Shown here in pieces: positions 30,683-40,241 of a stretch of 64,000 nucleotides of DNA; the stretch's first letter is position 1, and each line of letters begins with the position of its first letter. The DNA is from Terriglobia bacterium (GTDB lineage: Bacteria; Acidobacteriota; Terriglobia; 20CM-2-55-15), in the NCBI GenBank assembly GCA_965198225.1, contig CBDAOY010000005.1, positions 96,001 through 160,000 on the forward strand, in the 5' to 3' direction. The translations under genes and the position numbers were made by a program. Below the pieces are notes generated by a model. That model had not been told where the DNA came from. It ran no database searches and saw nothing but the letters and a program-made list of their open reading frames with translations.

Positions 30683-30770
30683 GAGCACTACTACAGAAAT
30701 CACTACAGCCTGCCCAAAAGCGCCGTTCGTGCTCTTGCGTTCCTGCCAGCTGAACGGAGTCGAAAAGCTT

Positions 30771-30813
30771 TCAATGAGCCCGGAAGGAATCGAACCTTCA
30801 ACCTATTTAGATT
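30771..30813 (-). repeat. tRNA 3' fragment, att-like scar 2
   Basis: tcaatgagcccggaaggaatcgaaccttcaaccta is a close direct repeat of 27184-27218. Confidence 0.65.
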
Positions 30814-30943
30814 GTCGTTGGGACAAAGGTGGCTGGTTGACCGAGAAGCGTGGAAACACCTGGTTCGGGACGTCAACCAGATCGTCCGGACAATGCCGCT
30901 CTGGAAGCTGCAGATGTTGGGACAAAGTGCTCGGAGTGGGCGG

Positions 30944-31261
30944 TCAGCTCACAGTTGCGATCGGCCGGATCTTCTCATAATCCTTCCGATGAGCCTGGAG
31001 CGTGTCCCATGCGTCCACGGCTTCCTGCATGCGAATCCAGGTCGACGGGTCCATGTTGAAAAGCCTGCCCAACCGGTACGCCATATCAATGGTGACGCTG
31101 CGCTTTTCAGTGACGATCTCGTTGATCGTCTGACGCGACACCCCGATCAACCCTGCCAGACGGCCCTGGGTCATGTCGAGATGCGGCAAGATCTCTTCTC
31201 GAAGCAACTCGCCCGGATGCGTCGGCCGCCGCTTGCGATTGTTCAGAACATCGGACTTCAT
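30944..31261 (-). CDS. higA: HigA antitoxin (XRE HTH)
   Basis: PTHPGELLREEIL...TQGRLA..IGVSRQTINEI. Confidence 0.9.
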   Translation of the reverse strand: MKSDVLNNRKRRPTHPGELLREEILPHLDMTQGRLAGLIGVSRQTINEIVTEKRSVTIDMAYRLGRLFNMDPSTWIRMQEAVDAWDTLQAHRKDYEKIRPIATVS

Positions 31262-31262
31262 T

Positions 31263-31544
31263 TCAGTGGTAGTCCTCCAAATCGAGGCCGAATACATCGC
31301 CGTTTTCGATCCGAAAGGTCATCCGGTAATTTCCAGTGACCGTGATCGCCCACTCGCCTGCGCGCTTGCCTTTGAGCGGGTGCAGGTTCCAGCCAGGAAC
31401 ATTCACGCCATCGACGTTTTGCGCGGCGTCCAACACGTCGAGCCGCCTTTCGATCCGTTTTCGCATGTTTGCCGGTATGGATTTCGATGCGCCTGCCTCA
31501 AATAACTCTTTCAGTCCTTTATGACGGAAAGTCCTGATCACCAC
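31263..31544 (-). CDS. higB: HigB/RelE toxin
   Basis: IRTFRHKGLKELF...LHPLKG...WAITVTGNYRMTFR...LEDYH. Confidence 0.9.
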   Translation of the reverse strand: MVIRTFRHKGLKELFEAGASKSIPANMRKRIERRLDVLDAAQNVDGVNVPGWNLHPLKGKRAGEWAITVTGNYRMTFRIENGDVFGLDLEDYH

Positions 31545-31548
31545 CCAC

Positions 31549-31577
31549 AGTGTAAGGTGTCAGTTGACACCTGTCAA
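31549..31577 (-). promoter_or_regulatory. Sigma-70 promoter of higBA with operator palindrome
   Basis: TTGACA-17 bp-TACACT on minus strand; palindrome aggtgtca-gt-tgacacct spans the spacer; start codon 5-8 nt downstream (likely leaderless). Confidence 0.8.
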
Positions 31578-31836
31578 ACAGGCTGCCGGCTCTTGCCGGT
31601 TGCGTGTAGATCCTGCCGATGACCAGCGTCGGCGATATCCTCTTTACCAAGTTTCAGACCAGTTTCTACGCCGATCCGAGCGATGCGGTCTTCAAGGCGT
31701 TGGGAGTGGGGTAGGCGCTGTTAGGGGGCGAGCCTGGGTCTTGACTCCTTGAGAAAGTTACTTTGCCGGGAATTCTAATTGTCGTTGGGACAAAGGTGTC
31801 TGGTTGAAGGTCCTTATTATTGCGTCAATTGACCGG

Positions 31837-32016
31837 CTACGCCGGCCGCGGCCGCAGCAGTTGAATCAGCCTCCGAATGATTTGCTCGAGCACTGGCGGA
31901 CGGAGTCTGCCAATTTCCACAATCATGACATCGTTGCTGGCGGTGAACAGTTTGCCCGGTCTGGCGTAGCTGGTTCTTTCAAGTAAGCCAGAGGAAAGAT
32001 CTTGTTCGTCCAACCG
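31837..32016 (-). pseudogene. PemK/MazF C-terminal fragment
   Basis: LDEQDLSSGLLERTSYARPGKLFTA...IGRL resembles the C-half of the 38.2-38.5 kb toxin. Confidence 0.55.
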
Positions 32017-32050
32017 AACAGAGTGGGGATCGCCGTAAGGGTTGCGTAGG

Positions 32051-32176
32051 GAAGCGACGGATTCGGCGACGTTTGTGGGTGTGCCCGTGGTGTTGGTGGC
32101 GGTTGCGCTGGTGGCGAGTTTTCCGGCGCGGCGGGCGACGCGGGTGGACCCGATTGTTGCGTTGAGGTATGAATGA
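32051..32176 (+). repeat. ADOP 3'-end fragment
   Basis: [41 protein letters not shown]. Confidence 0.8.
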
Positions 32177-32199
32177 GTTTTGCTGGCCTCAGGCCGCCG

Positions 32200-32366
32200 G
32201 GCCATCTCCGACTGGCCACCCGGGAAGGATCAGGACCGCCGGATGGCATTTGAGAACGCGGGCCAAGACCTTCGCGCGTCCGACCCCAAGCCTGATCCTA
32301 TCGTTCTCGATCGCGGAGATGGTGGACTGAGGAATACCAGTTAGCCCTGCGAGCTGGTTCTGGCTT
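32200..32366 (-). pseudogene. XRE HTH antitoxin fragment
   Basis: SQNQLAGLTGIPQSTISAIENDRIRLGVGRAKVLARVLKCHPAVL; no start. Confidence 0.55.
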
Positions 32367-32380
32367 GATCGGTCAGCCCT

Positions 32381-33553
32381 TTAGCGACCAGGAGTTTCCG
32401 GTTCATCTTGTTCGTCAATCGCAAGTCGATCAAAAAGATCTAGATAAGGCTGATACCGGAAGCGCCGATTCCGCTGGCCCCCTGTTGTTTCACGCAGGAT
32501 CCCTAGGGCTTCCATCTGACCGATGATTCGGTTTGCCGTGACATAAGAGCATTCAAGCCGGGTCGCTGCTACGGGCACATAAATGATCGGCTGCATGAAG
32601 AGCAAGTCTAGCAGCCGAAGACCCATTGGTGACCGCCGTTCCATGGTCTCAGCGACTATCGCGCGATGGTTGTCCCTCAGTTTGAGAATGGCCTGAGCTG
32701 TTTCTGTCGCCGATTGGCTGACCTCGAACACTCCCTTCAAGAAAAACTTCAACCATCCCTCCCAGTTCCCGTCCAGGCGAATTGCCATGAGGCGATCGTA
32801 GTATTCGGCGCGATGTGCCCTCAGATAGAGACTCAGATACAGCAGGGGCCTCCTCAGAATCTCTTTCTGGCACAGGAGAAAGGTAATGAGCAAACGGCCG
32901 ACTCGCCCGTTACCGTCCAGGAACGGATGTATCGTTTCAAACTGTGCGTGAGCAATTCCGCAATGTACGAGGTCCGGAAGATCGGCGTCCGTATGCAAGA
33001 ACTTCTCGAAGTTGTCGAGCGCTGTGTGCATTTCTGGGACTGGAGGCGGAACGTAGGTGGCATTTGCGGGAGTGGATCCGGCCGCGCCAATCCAGTTTTG
33101 GCTAGTTCTGAACTCTCCCGGAGTCCGATTGGCGCCCCGGACGTTGTGTAGAAGGTGGGCGTGTATCTCACGTATCAGCCGGAGCGAAAGAGGTAGTTCC
33201 TCCAAGCGCTCAAGGCCGTAGTTCAGAGCTTCGACATAATTTACGACTTCCTCGACGTCTTTGACCCGTTCCTTGCCGGCCTTCACTTCGAATTGGAGAA
33301 CGTCCTCTAGTGTGCTTTCAGTACCTTCGATTTGTGAACTTAGGACCGCTTCGTGCCGTACGTACATGGCAACGAATAAATCTGGATTCGGCAAGACCGT
33401 AGCCATCCCATCCAGACGGCCGAGGGCGCGATCCGCCCTTGACAGAAGTTGTACGAGCGCATCGTCCATATTGACCGGTGGATGGAATGGAAGGGAGGTC
33501 GGGATGAATGCGGCAAAGTTCGCAGGTTGTTTTATAAATTCCCCAGAACGCAT
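32381..33553 (-). CDS. Fic family protein (Fic_N, Fic, C-terminal HTH)
   Basis: EAVLSSQIEG; HPFLDGNGRVGR. Confidence 0.92.
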   Translation of the reverse strand: MRSGEFIKQPANFAAFIPTSLPFHPPVNMDDALVQLLSRADRALGRLDGMATVLPNPDLFVAMYVRHEAVLSSQIEGTESTLEDVLQFEVKAGKERVKDVEEVVNYVEALNYGLERLEELPLSLRLIREIHAHLLHNVRGANRTPGEFRTSQNWIGAAGSTPANATYVPPPVPEMHTALDNFEKFLHTDADLPDLVHCGIAHAQFETIHPFLDGNGRVGRLLITFLLCQKEILRRPLLYLSLYLRAHRAEYYDRLMAIRLDGNWEGWLKFFLKGVFEVSQSATETAQAILKLRDNHRAIVAETMERRSPMGLRLLDLLFMQPIIYVPVAATRLECSYVTANRIIGQMEALGILRETTGGQRNRRFRYQPYLDLFDRLAIDEQDEPETPGR

Positions 33554-33879
33554 AATTACTGGTCTTTTGAATTCGGCTTATTTTGCGGTTTGAGAATAAA
33601 GGGCCAAAATAGGAATTTTTATTTCACAAAACAACTATAACGTAAAATAACGGCGGGCGTTACTGATTAAATGACCCTCCCTTTGCCTCCAAGCTTCCCG
33701 CTGTCGTACGGAAGCGCTCATGTCCTTGCGGGGTGGTATTCGGTATCGTGCCGGCCCTGTCTGTCGAGACCGTTCGACCGAGGTGTTCGTCGAGTGTCGC
33801 AAACCCCCAGACCGCTTATTGAAGGGTTTTTGGTGAGTTTCGAACGGCACGGGCCGGGAGTGGTGAAAGGGCTCTGCCC

Positions 33880-35037
33880 TTACCTCTCGAGCGGAAAGTC
33901 CCGGCTTGGGTCAAGAGAGCGCACAAACTCTCCGGCGGGAAGGATCCAGACCCGGCCTCTGCGCTCGCGTCGTGTTCCCCGGTAAAGCAGAACGAGGTCG
34001 GCTTGCGGGTAGTCGGCCCCGAACGCTTCGAGCCCGCGAAGGTCCGCGGGGCGGATTCGGGACGCGTTCTTCACTTCGACAGCCCAGAACGCAGTGCTAC
34101 CGTAGACGACGAAATCCACCTCGACGCCAGACCGGGTCCGCCAGAAAAACAATTTCGCGTCGGCTTGCCGGTAGGCGAGCCACGCGCGCAGATGCTGTGC
34201 GACCAACCCTTCCAGCGCCGCCCCCTCGATCTCTTCGGGTCGATCGAGCGGCCCTTTCGGCCGGAGGGAACGAAAGACGCCGCTGTCGAAAAGAAAAAAC
34301 TTTGGATGCCGAATCGTTTCGCGCTTCGCGCGGCGTGCGAAGACCGGCACGCGAAACGACAGGAGCAGATCCTCCAGTACTTCCACGTAGGCCGCGACCG
34401 TCTTGCGTTCAACCTCGCACTCGCGAGCCACATTCGCGACGTTCAGGACCGCCGCGTGCGAGAAGCTGACCGCTTCAAGAAAACGCGCAAAGCCGCCAAC
34501 GTTCCGAGCCCATCCCTCCAGCCGGACCTCCTCGTCGATATACAGAGAGGCATACGCACGCAGCACATCGGCCGGGCTCTCTGCTGCAACGACAAGGGGC
34601 AGCAGTCCGGAGGTCAGGGCAGCGTCGAAGTCGAAGTGTTCGAATTCCGCCGCCATAAACGGATGGAGTGTGCGGACGAGGGCCCGCCCGGCCAGGAGGT
34701 TCACGCCGCCCCTCCTGAGCTTTCGGGCGCTGGAACCGGTGAGAACGAAGCGGCGCTTATCCGGAGACTCGATCAGGGCGTGCACGACGTTGAGCAACTC
34801 GGGCACCCGCTGGACTTCATCGATGACAACGGTGGAGTCTTGGGGCGCCCCTCGGATCCACTCGCGCAGACGCTCCGGCCTGGCCATCAACTCACGCGCC
34901 ACGTCTGGCTCCAGAAGATCAATTACGAGCGCTTCCGGCAGGATGTGGTGCAGCCAGGTCGATTTGCCTGTGCCACGGGGGCCCAGCAGGAAGAAGCTTT
35001 GTGAGGGCGGCTCAAAAAACCGACGCTGTAATTCCAT
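33880..35037 (-). CDS. AAA_14 ATPase with DUF4143 (PD-D/ExK-like C-terminus)
   Basis: GPRGTGKS, IDEVQR, LTGSS, FWRTRSGVEVDFV...EVK. Confidence 0.88.
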   Translation of the reverse strand: MELQRRFFEPPSQSFFLLGPRGTGKSTWLHHILPEALVIDLLEPDVARELMARPERLREWIRGAPQDSTVVIDEVQRVPELLNVVHALIESPDKRRFVLTGSSARKLRRGGVNLLAGRALVRTLHPFMAAEFEHFDFDAALTSGLLPLVVAAESPADVLRAYASLYIDEEVRLEGWARNVGGFARFLEAVSFSHAAVLNVANVARECEVERKTVAAYVEVLEDLLLSFRVPVFARRAKRETIRHPKFFLFDSGVFRSLRPKGPLDRPEEIEGAALEGLVAQHLRAWLAYRQADAKLFFWRTRSGVEVDFVVYGSTAFWAVEVKNASRIRPADLRGLEAFGADYPQADLVLLYRGTRRERRGRVWILPAGEFVRSLDPSRDFPLER

Positions 35038-35084
35038 TTTGAGTCTCAAAAAGGAAGTAATATATCCGGAATTATAGCACGACC

Positions 35085-35321
35085 TGCTGGGGAGTGTGCC
35101 GGGGATGCCGCTGGTGGGGACTGGATGTGTCGTCGGGATTGGTTTGGCCTATTGCGCTTGGTGGCGTCATGTCGTCGATGTTGTTTGGAGTGGAAAGCGA
35201 CGGATCCGGCGACCTTTGTGAGTGTGCCGGTGGTGTTGGTGGCGGTTGCGTTGGTTGCGAGTCTGACTCCGGTAAGGAGAGCGACGCAGTGAATCCGATT
35301 GTTGCGTTGAGGTATGAGTGA
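35085..35321 (+). repeat. Degenerate ADOP 3'-end fragment
   Basis: Matches 37900-38134 with indels; ends NPIVALRYE*. Confidence 0.8.
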
Positions 35322-35707
35322 GAGGGCGCTCTGATAGCGCCCTTGTGCGGTCATAGCGTCAAGCGCCGGCAGTTCCTTTACGGTCGACGCCAGGACATCC
35401 TTTACACCACGTCGGCTGGATCGACAGGACGGATCAAGAATGGTGCTGCGTCCTGAGAGCAGTTCAATCTCCCGTCCCCGTCTCCGGCCCTGATCGATCA
35501 GTCCGCGCGGTTCCTGAAACAGCTCGGGCACACGGTGGATCTCGTCGAGAATCGTCCTGGTAAATCAAAACACATAGTTTCAAATTACAAGAAAACGCAT
35601 GCCACTGACCGCTGTGGTCCAACCCAAAGGTCGAGCCGCCCGGCTGATCCGCATTCGCCCGTAACCGCTCTCTCCTCTCCGAGTAATAACCCCATTGGAG
35701 GTACCCC

Positions 35708-38134
35708 ATGAGCCCACTCGCCCGAGACCTCAAATACGCCACCCGCACGCTCACCCGAACCCCGGCTTTCACCCTCTCGGTCATCCTCGTCCTCGCCCTC
35801 GGCATCGGCGCCACCACGGCCATCTTCTCCCTGGTCGACGCGACGCTGCTGCGGCCGCTGCCCTATGCCAAGGCCGACGAGTTGATGATGATCTGGGAGG
35901 ACGGATCTGCCTTCGGGTTTCCGCGCAACACACCGGCGCCGGCGAACTATTTTGACTGGAAGGCCGACTCCCGGGCGTTTGAGGACATGGCGGCCACCCT
36001 CAGCGTCGCGCGGAATCTCACCGGAGATGGAGAGCCGCTCAGCCTGGAAGCGATCCGCGCGACGGCCAACCTGGCCGCGGTGCTCGGGATCGAACCGCTG
36101 CTCGGTCGCTTCTTCACCGATGACGAGGATCAGCCCGGCGGCGCGCCGGTTGCCGTCATCAGCCACCGTCTATGGCAGCAGCGCTACGGTGGCGACCCCG
36201 AGTTCGTCGGGCGCGAGATCCGTCTGGACGATGCGCCCCGGACCGTCGTCGGCGTGATGGGGCCGCGGATGTCCTATCCCCGGAGCGACGTCGACGTCTG
36301 GGTCCCGATGGCGTTCACCGACAACGAGGCGTCGAGGCGCCAGTCCCATTACCTGAACGTCGTCGGACGACTCCATCCGGATGCGACCACGGAGGGTGCC
36401 GCGGCCGACATGGATCGCATCGCGGCCGCGCTCGAAGCCGAATACCCGGATAGCAACACTAACGTCGGGGCCGTCGTTGTGCCGCTCGAGGACCATTACA
36501 TGGGCGACGTCCGGTCCGGGTTCCTCCTGCTGCTCGCCGCCGTCGGCGCGGTGCTGCTCATCGCCTGCGCCAACATCGCCAACCTGCTGCTGGTCCGCTC
36601 CAGCGGCCGCAGCCGGGAGATCGCCGTGCGGGCTGCCCTGGGAGCGGGGCGCGCGAGGCTCGTGGGCCAGATGCTGACCGAAAGCCTGCTCCTCGCCCTG
36701 GCCGGGGGCGTCGTCGGTGTCGGTTTCGCGTGGTGGAGTTTCCAGTTCCTGGGAGCCCTGGTCCCGGAAAGCGTGACCGGGGCGATCGGACTGGAGATGG
36801 ATCTCCGCGTGTTGGTGGTCGGGCTGGCGGTTTCGCTCGCGACCGGGGTGGTGTTCGGGATTGTCCCGGCGCTGTCCGTATCGCAGGTCCGTTTGAATGA
36901 AACCCTGCAGTCGGCAGGCGGCCGTGCTGGCGTGGGATCGGCATCGCGGCGATTCCGGGACGTCCTGGTCGTGGGCGAAGTTGCCCTGACCGTTGCGCTG
37001 CTGGTAGGGGCGGGTCTGTTGATTCGGTCCTTTGCCTCGGTGCGTGGTGTGGAGCCGGGATACCGGCCCGAGGGCGTCCTTACGCTGCGGATGGACCTGT
37101 CAAGGGCCAAGTACGGCGGCCAGCCGGAACGCCTGCGCTCCTTCTACTACGACGTCCTTGAACGAGTGGAGCGCCTTCCGGGAGTGCAGTCCGCCGGTTT
37201 CGTGTCGTTTCTACCGCTGACGAACCGTGGCGGGTCGCGGGGTTTCCGGATCGAAGGCCGGCCGGCCCCGGGCCCGGGGAACCGGCCCGATGCCAACTAC
37301 CGGCTGGTGACGCCGGATTATTTCCGGACGATGGGAATCCCCATCCAACGGGGACGGGGGATCGAGGACACCGACCGCGCCGACGCCGCGCAGGTAGTCG
37401 TGATCAACGAAACCATGGCGCGCCAGTACTGGCCCGGCGAAGATCCGATCGGGCAGCGGATCGGCGGTTTCGGGGCCGCTTCCTGGTTCACGGTCGTGGG
37501 CATTGCCGGCGATGTCCGGGGAATGGGGCTCGAGGCGCCGGTGCGCGCCCAGTTATACCTGCCGATCGACCAGGATCTGAACTTCAGCTTCTTCAGTCCC
37601 CGGAATCTGGCGATCCGGGCATCGGGGGACCCGATGACGTTGGCCGGGGTGGTCCAGGAGGAGATCTGGCAGGTGGATCCGAACCAGCCGATCAAGGAGG
37701 TGCGTTTGCTGGGCGCGTTCATCGATGACGAGGTGTTCCAGCGGCGGACACAGACGCTGTTGCTGGGAGCGTTTGCGGTGCTGGCGTTGATCGTGGCGTC
37801 GGTGGGGATTTACGGGGTGTTGTCGTATGCGGTGTCGTACCTGACGCGGGAGATCGGGATACGGATGGCGTTGGGGGCGCAGCGGGGGAGCGTGCTGGGG
37901 ATGATCCTCGGGCAGGGGATGTTGCTGGTCGGGATCGGTTGTGTTGTGGGGATTGGGTTGGCGTATGCGCTGGGTGGGGTGATGTCGTCGATGTTGTTTG
38001 GGGTGGAAGCGACCGACCCGGCGACGTTTGTGAGTGTGCCGGTGGTTTTGGTGGCCGTTGCTTTGGTGGCGAGTTTGATTCCGGCGCGGCTGGCGACGCG
38101 GGTGGATCCGATTGTTGCGTTGAGGTGGGAGTAG
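35708..38134 (+). CDS. ADOP family duplicated ABC permease (MacB/FtsX-like)
   Basis: [39 protein letters not shown], second FtsX half, ends DPIVALRWE. Confidence 0.92.
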   Translation: MSPLARDLKYATRTLTRTPAFTLSVILVLALGIGATTAIFSLVDATLLRPLPYAKADELMMIWEDGSAFGFPRNTPAPANYFDWKADSRAFEDMAATLSVARNLTGDGEPLSLEAIRATANLAAVLGIEPLLGRFFTDDEDQPGGAPVAVISHRLWQQRYGGDPEFVGREIRLDDAPRTVVGVMGPRMSYPRSDVDVWVPMAFTDNEASRRQSHYLNVVGRLHPDATTEGAAADMDRIAAALEAEYPDSNTNVGAVVVPLEDHYMGDVRSGFLLLLAAVGAVLLIACANIANLLLVRSSGRSREIAVRAALGAGRARLVGQMLTESLLLALAGGVVGVGFAWWSFQFLGALVPESVTGAIGLEMDLRVLVVGLAVSLATGVVFGIVPALSVSQVRLNETLQSAGGRAGVGSASRRFRDVLVVGEVALTVALLVGAGLLIRSFASVRGVEPGYRPEGVLTLRMDLSRAKYGGQPERLRSFYYDVLERVERLPGVQSAGFVSFLPLTNRGGSRGFRIEGRPAPGPGNRPDANYRLVTPDYFRTMGIPIQRGRGIEDTDRADAAQVVVINETMARQYWPGEDPIGQRIGGFGAASWFTVVGIAGDVRGMGLEAPVRAQLYLPIDQDLNFSFFSPRNLAIRASGDPMTLAGVVQEEIWQVDPNQPIKEVRLLGAFIDDEVFQRRTQTLLLGAFAVLALIVASVGIYGVLSYAVSYLTREIGIRMALGAQRGSVLGMILGQGMLLVGIGCVVGIGLAYALGGVMSSMLFGVEATDPATFVSVPVVLVAVALVASLIPARLATRVDPIVALRWE

Positions 38135-38135
38135 G

Positions 38136-38158
38136 TTAGGTGCGTTCTATGAGCGCAC
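38136..38158 (+). repeat. REP palindrome (left-type copy)
   Basis: ttaggtgcgttctatgagcgcac; compare 43841 and 54109. Confidence 0.7.
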
Positions 38159-38176
38159 ACGCGAGATTCCCGGGAT

Positions 38177-38528
38177 TCAAGAATAGAACCGACGGAGTTC
38201 GTGCAAAACATTCCTGAACCTTTCGGTCGTTGAGGGTCGCGATTCGCTTCAAGATGAGAGCGGAATGGATCGTGAACAACTTCGCCAGTTTGATCTGAGA
38301 TTTTCTCGGTAGTTGCCCGCTCTGGAAATCCTGGGCGTCGATCAGAATCGCGTTGCGGTCATCGGCAATCTGCGACGTAATTGCTGCCAGGACAAGATCC
38401 TGGTTTGCAGCGCTAAACGCATCAGGCGAGATCACTAGGGCAGGTCTCTTCTTAGAAGAGCTGAGGTCGGTGAAAGGGAAAGTGACGAGGACGAGGTCAC
38501 CGCGTCTATAGGTTGTCGTAGACGGCAT
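38177..38528 (-). CDS. PemK/MazF toxin; probable 1-nt frameshift near the C-terminus
   Basis: RGDLVLVTFPFTDLSSSKKRPALVIS...AAITS; the shifted frame ends VLHELRRFYS* at 38177. Confidence 0.8.
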
Positions 38529-38706
38529 CGTCCTTGTTGTTCCAGAATTCGAAGCTCTTCTCAGCCGCTTTCAGCCAGCTCATGCTCTCTGTCAGGTCAC
38601 GCAGTTCCTCGTCCGAAAAGACGGTGTAAGTCTTTCCGGGGGCCGCGTCCTGGACCTTCTCAAGCGGCCGGAAGACACCGTTCGAGTACTCAACCTTGAC
38701 GCTCAT
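38506..38706 (-). CDS. DUF104/AF2212-like antitoxin
   Basis: VEYSNGVFRPLEKV; C-terminal SFEFWNNKDDAVYDNL; overlaps the toxin start. Confidence 0.7.
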   Translation of the reverse strand: MSVKVEYSNGVFRPLEKVQDAAPGKTYTVFSDEELRDLTESMSWLKAAEKSFEFWNNKDDAVYDNL

Positions 38707-38793
38707 AAACTCAAGCTCCTCGTACTCTTATAGCATTCCGTACTCAACCTTGACGCTCATAAACTCAAGCTCCTCGTACTCTTATAGCATTCC
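38686..38793. repeat. Perfect 54-bp tandem duplication
   Basis: gtactcaaccttgacgctcataaactcaagctcctcgtactcttatagcattcc x2. Confidence 0.95.
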
Positions 38794-39027
38794 GAGGAAC
38801 AAAAGACCATCAGTGGCGGCCATTGAGAGGTAACGACCAAGATTTCACTTAATGTGATTTCTGGCAGATCGCAGGGCTTCGTCGGAAGGGCGGGCCTTTA
38901 ACTTACCTTCCCGATATTCTTTGTATCGGCGTTCGGCTTCGTCGATCCATTCCGATTCCACTAACAGAGCCTTCTGTTTCAAGTCTTTGGCCGAGTCCGA
39001 CATGTGATCTCTCCTACGTAAAGCTGA

Positions 39028-39240
39028 TTACGCGAGTCTTAGCGGTCGGCCACAGGGCGGGGGTACGGCGCAGCCGTCCTCTTTGGCGGTGGCGCTCCAC
39101 AGGGCCATCGCGTCGTTGATATTCTTCAATGCCGTTTCCTGGCTGTTGCCGTGCGCTATGCAGCCTGGCAGCTCGGGCACTTCGGCAACGAAGAGTTTGT
39201 CCTCCTGGCTCCAGTAGATGACGATCTCGTATTTGAACAT
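39028..39240 (-). CDS. hicB: HicB antitoxin (no hicA)
   Basis: FVAEVPELPGCIAHGNSQETALKNINDAM. Confidence 0.85.
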   Translation of the reverse strand: MFKYEIVIYWSQEDKLFVAEVPELPGCIAHGNSQETALKNINDAMALWSATAKEDGCAVPPPCGRPLRLA

Positions 39241-39249
39241 CAGCGTTCG

Positions 39250-39525
39250 TCAGTGCAATTGAAGTCTCAAGCGCTTGCCGAGCGCCTCCGCGAGTTTTTC
39301 AAGCGTTGAGAGACGGATATCTTCTGCGTGGTTTTCCATCCGGGAGATGGCAGATTTCTTCGTTTTGAGCTTCCTGGCCAGTTCTTCCTGGGTGAGCCCG
39401 GCCTGCATGCGTGCCTGCTTGAGTATGATACCCAGCTTGAGCCTCTCGTATCCAAGCTCGAAGTCACGAGCGAAGTCGGGATCTCTTCGCTTTCGCTTCT
39501 TGATGTAACGCTGGGTATCACTCAT
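39250..39525 (-). CDS. XRE HTH antitoxin
   Basis: [28 protein letters not shown]. Confidence 0.85.
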   Translation of the reverse strand: MSDTQRYIKKRKRRDPDFARDFELGYERLKLGIILKQARMQAGLTQEELARKLKTKKSAISRMENHAEDIRLSTLEKLAEALGKRLRLQLH

Positions 39526-39869
39526 TGCCTGCCCCTCCTGAGGTACTGACGCCGCCTTTTTTCCGCTAACGCGATCTCTTTAGTCGGCGTTTTTCGGGAT
39601 TTCTTGGGGAAACCGTGGCTGATTACCAGGAAAGAACCTTCAAGAAACCCCAGAAATCGTAACGCGACATCTCCGGCCGGAACTCGAATCTCCCAGATTT
39701 CATCGGTGCCTGGCAGCTTTTTCAGGTACCGGCGTGGAACGGCATCCAACTCTTCAATGAGCTGCATAATCCAAACTACTTTCTGAGCGTGCCGGGCTTC
39801 GAGTGAGTCGAGAAACTCCTCCGTCGGGCACCGTCCCGATTCGGTCCGGAAGAAGACGACGGTTCGCAT
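39522..39869 (-). CDS. RelE/Gp49 (DUF891) toxin
   Basis: [13 protein letters not shown]...IWEIRV...[15 protein letters not shown]. Confidence 0.85.
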   Translation of the reverse strand: MRTVVFFRTESGRCPTEEFLDSLEARHAQKVVWIMQLIEELDAVPRRYLKKLPGTDEIWEIRVPAGDVALRFLGFLEGSFLVISHGFPKKSRKTPTKEIALAEKRRRQYLRRGRQ

Positions 39870-40106
39870 GTTAGGTTAACAAATATGTGAACATCCAGCA
39901 ACGGCGAGCGGATCTAGGCTTGCACGTGGGCCGCCAACGCCCGGACATGCGTAGAGCGAGATGCGAAGTAGGTGTGAAATGACGAGGGACGGCGCGGCGG
40001 GGCGTGATGGTGTAACTGGTGTGATGGAGTTTCTACAAGGCTGTCAGGGAGCTATTGGGGAAGTTTTCGGAAGTAATCAGGTGGGCCTTCCGGCACCGGC
40101 GCTCCT

Positions 40107-40172
40107 GCCGAGTAGGCCCGGGGAATTTCACCCCGGGCCCCTCAGAGAACCGCAGGTAAGCGTCTCCGCTCA
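40107..40172 (-). ncRNA. Group II intron 3' remnant (partial domain V and domain VI)
   Basis: Minus strand tgagcggagacgcttacctgcggttctctgaggggcccggggtgaaattccccgggcctactcggc. Confidence 0.65.
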
Positions 40173-40184
40173 AATTCAGGGGAT

Positions 40185-40207
40185 GTGCGGTCATAGACCG
40201 CACCTAC
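40185..40207 (-). repeat. REP palindrome (right-type copy)
   Basis: Reverse complement is gtaggtgcggtctatgaccgcac. Confidence 0.75.
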
Positions 40208-40241
40208 ACCATAACGCTCCTGCCGCCACTTGCGAATGGCG

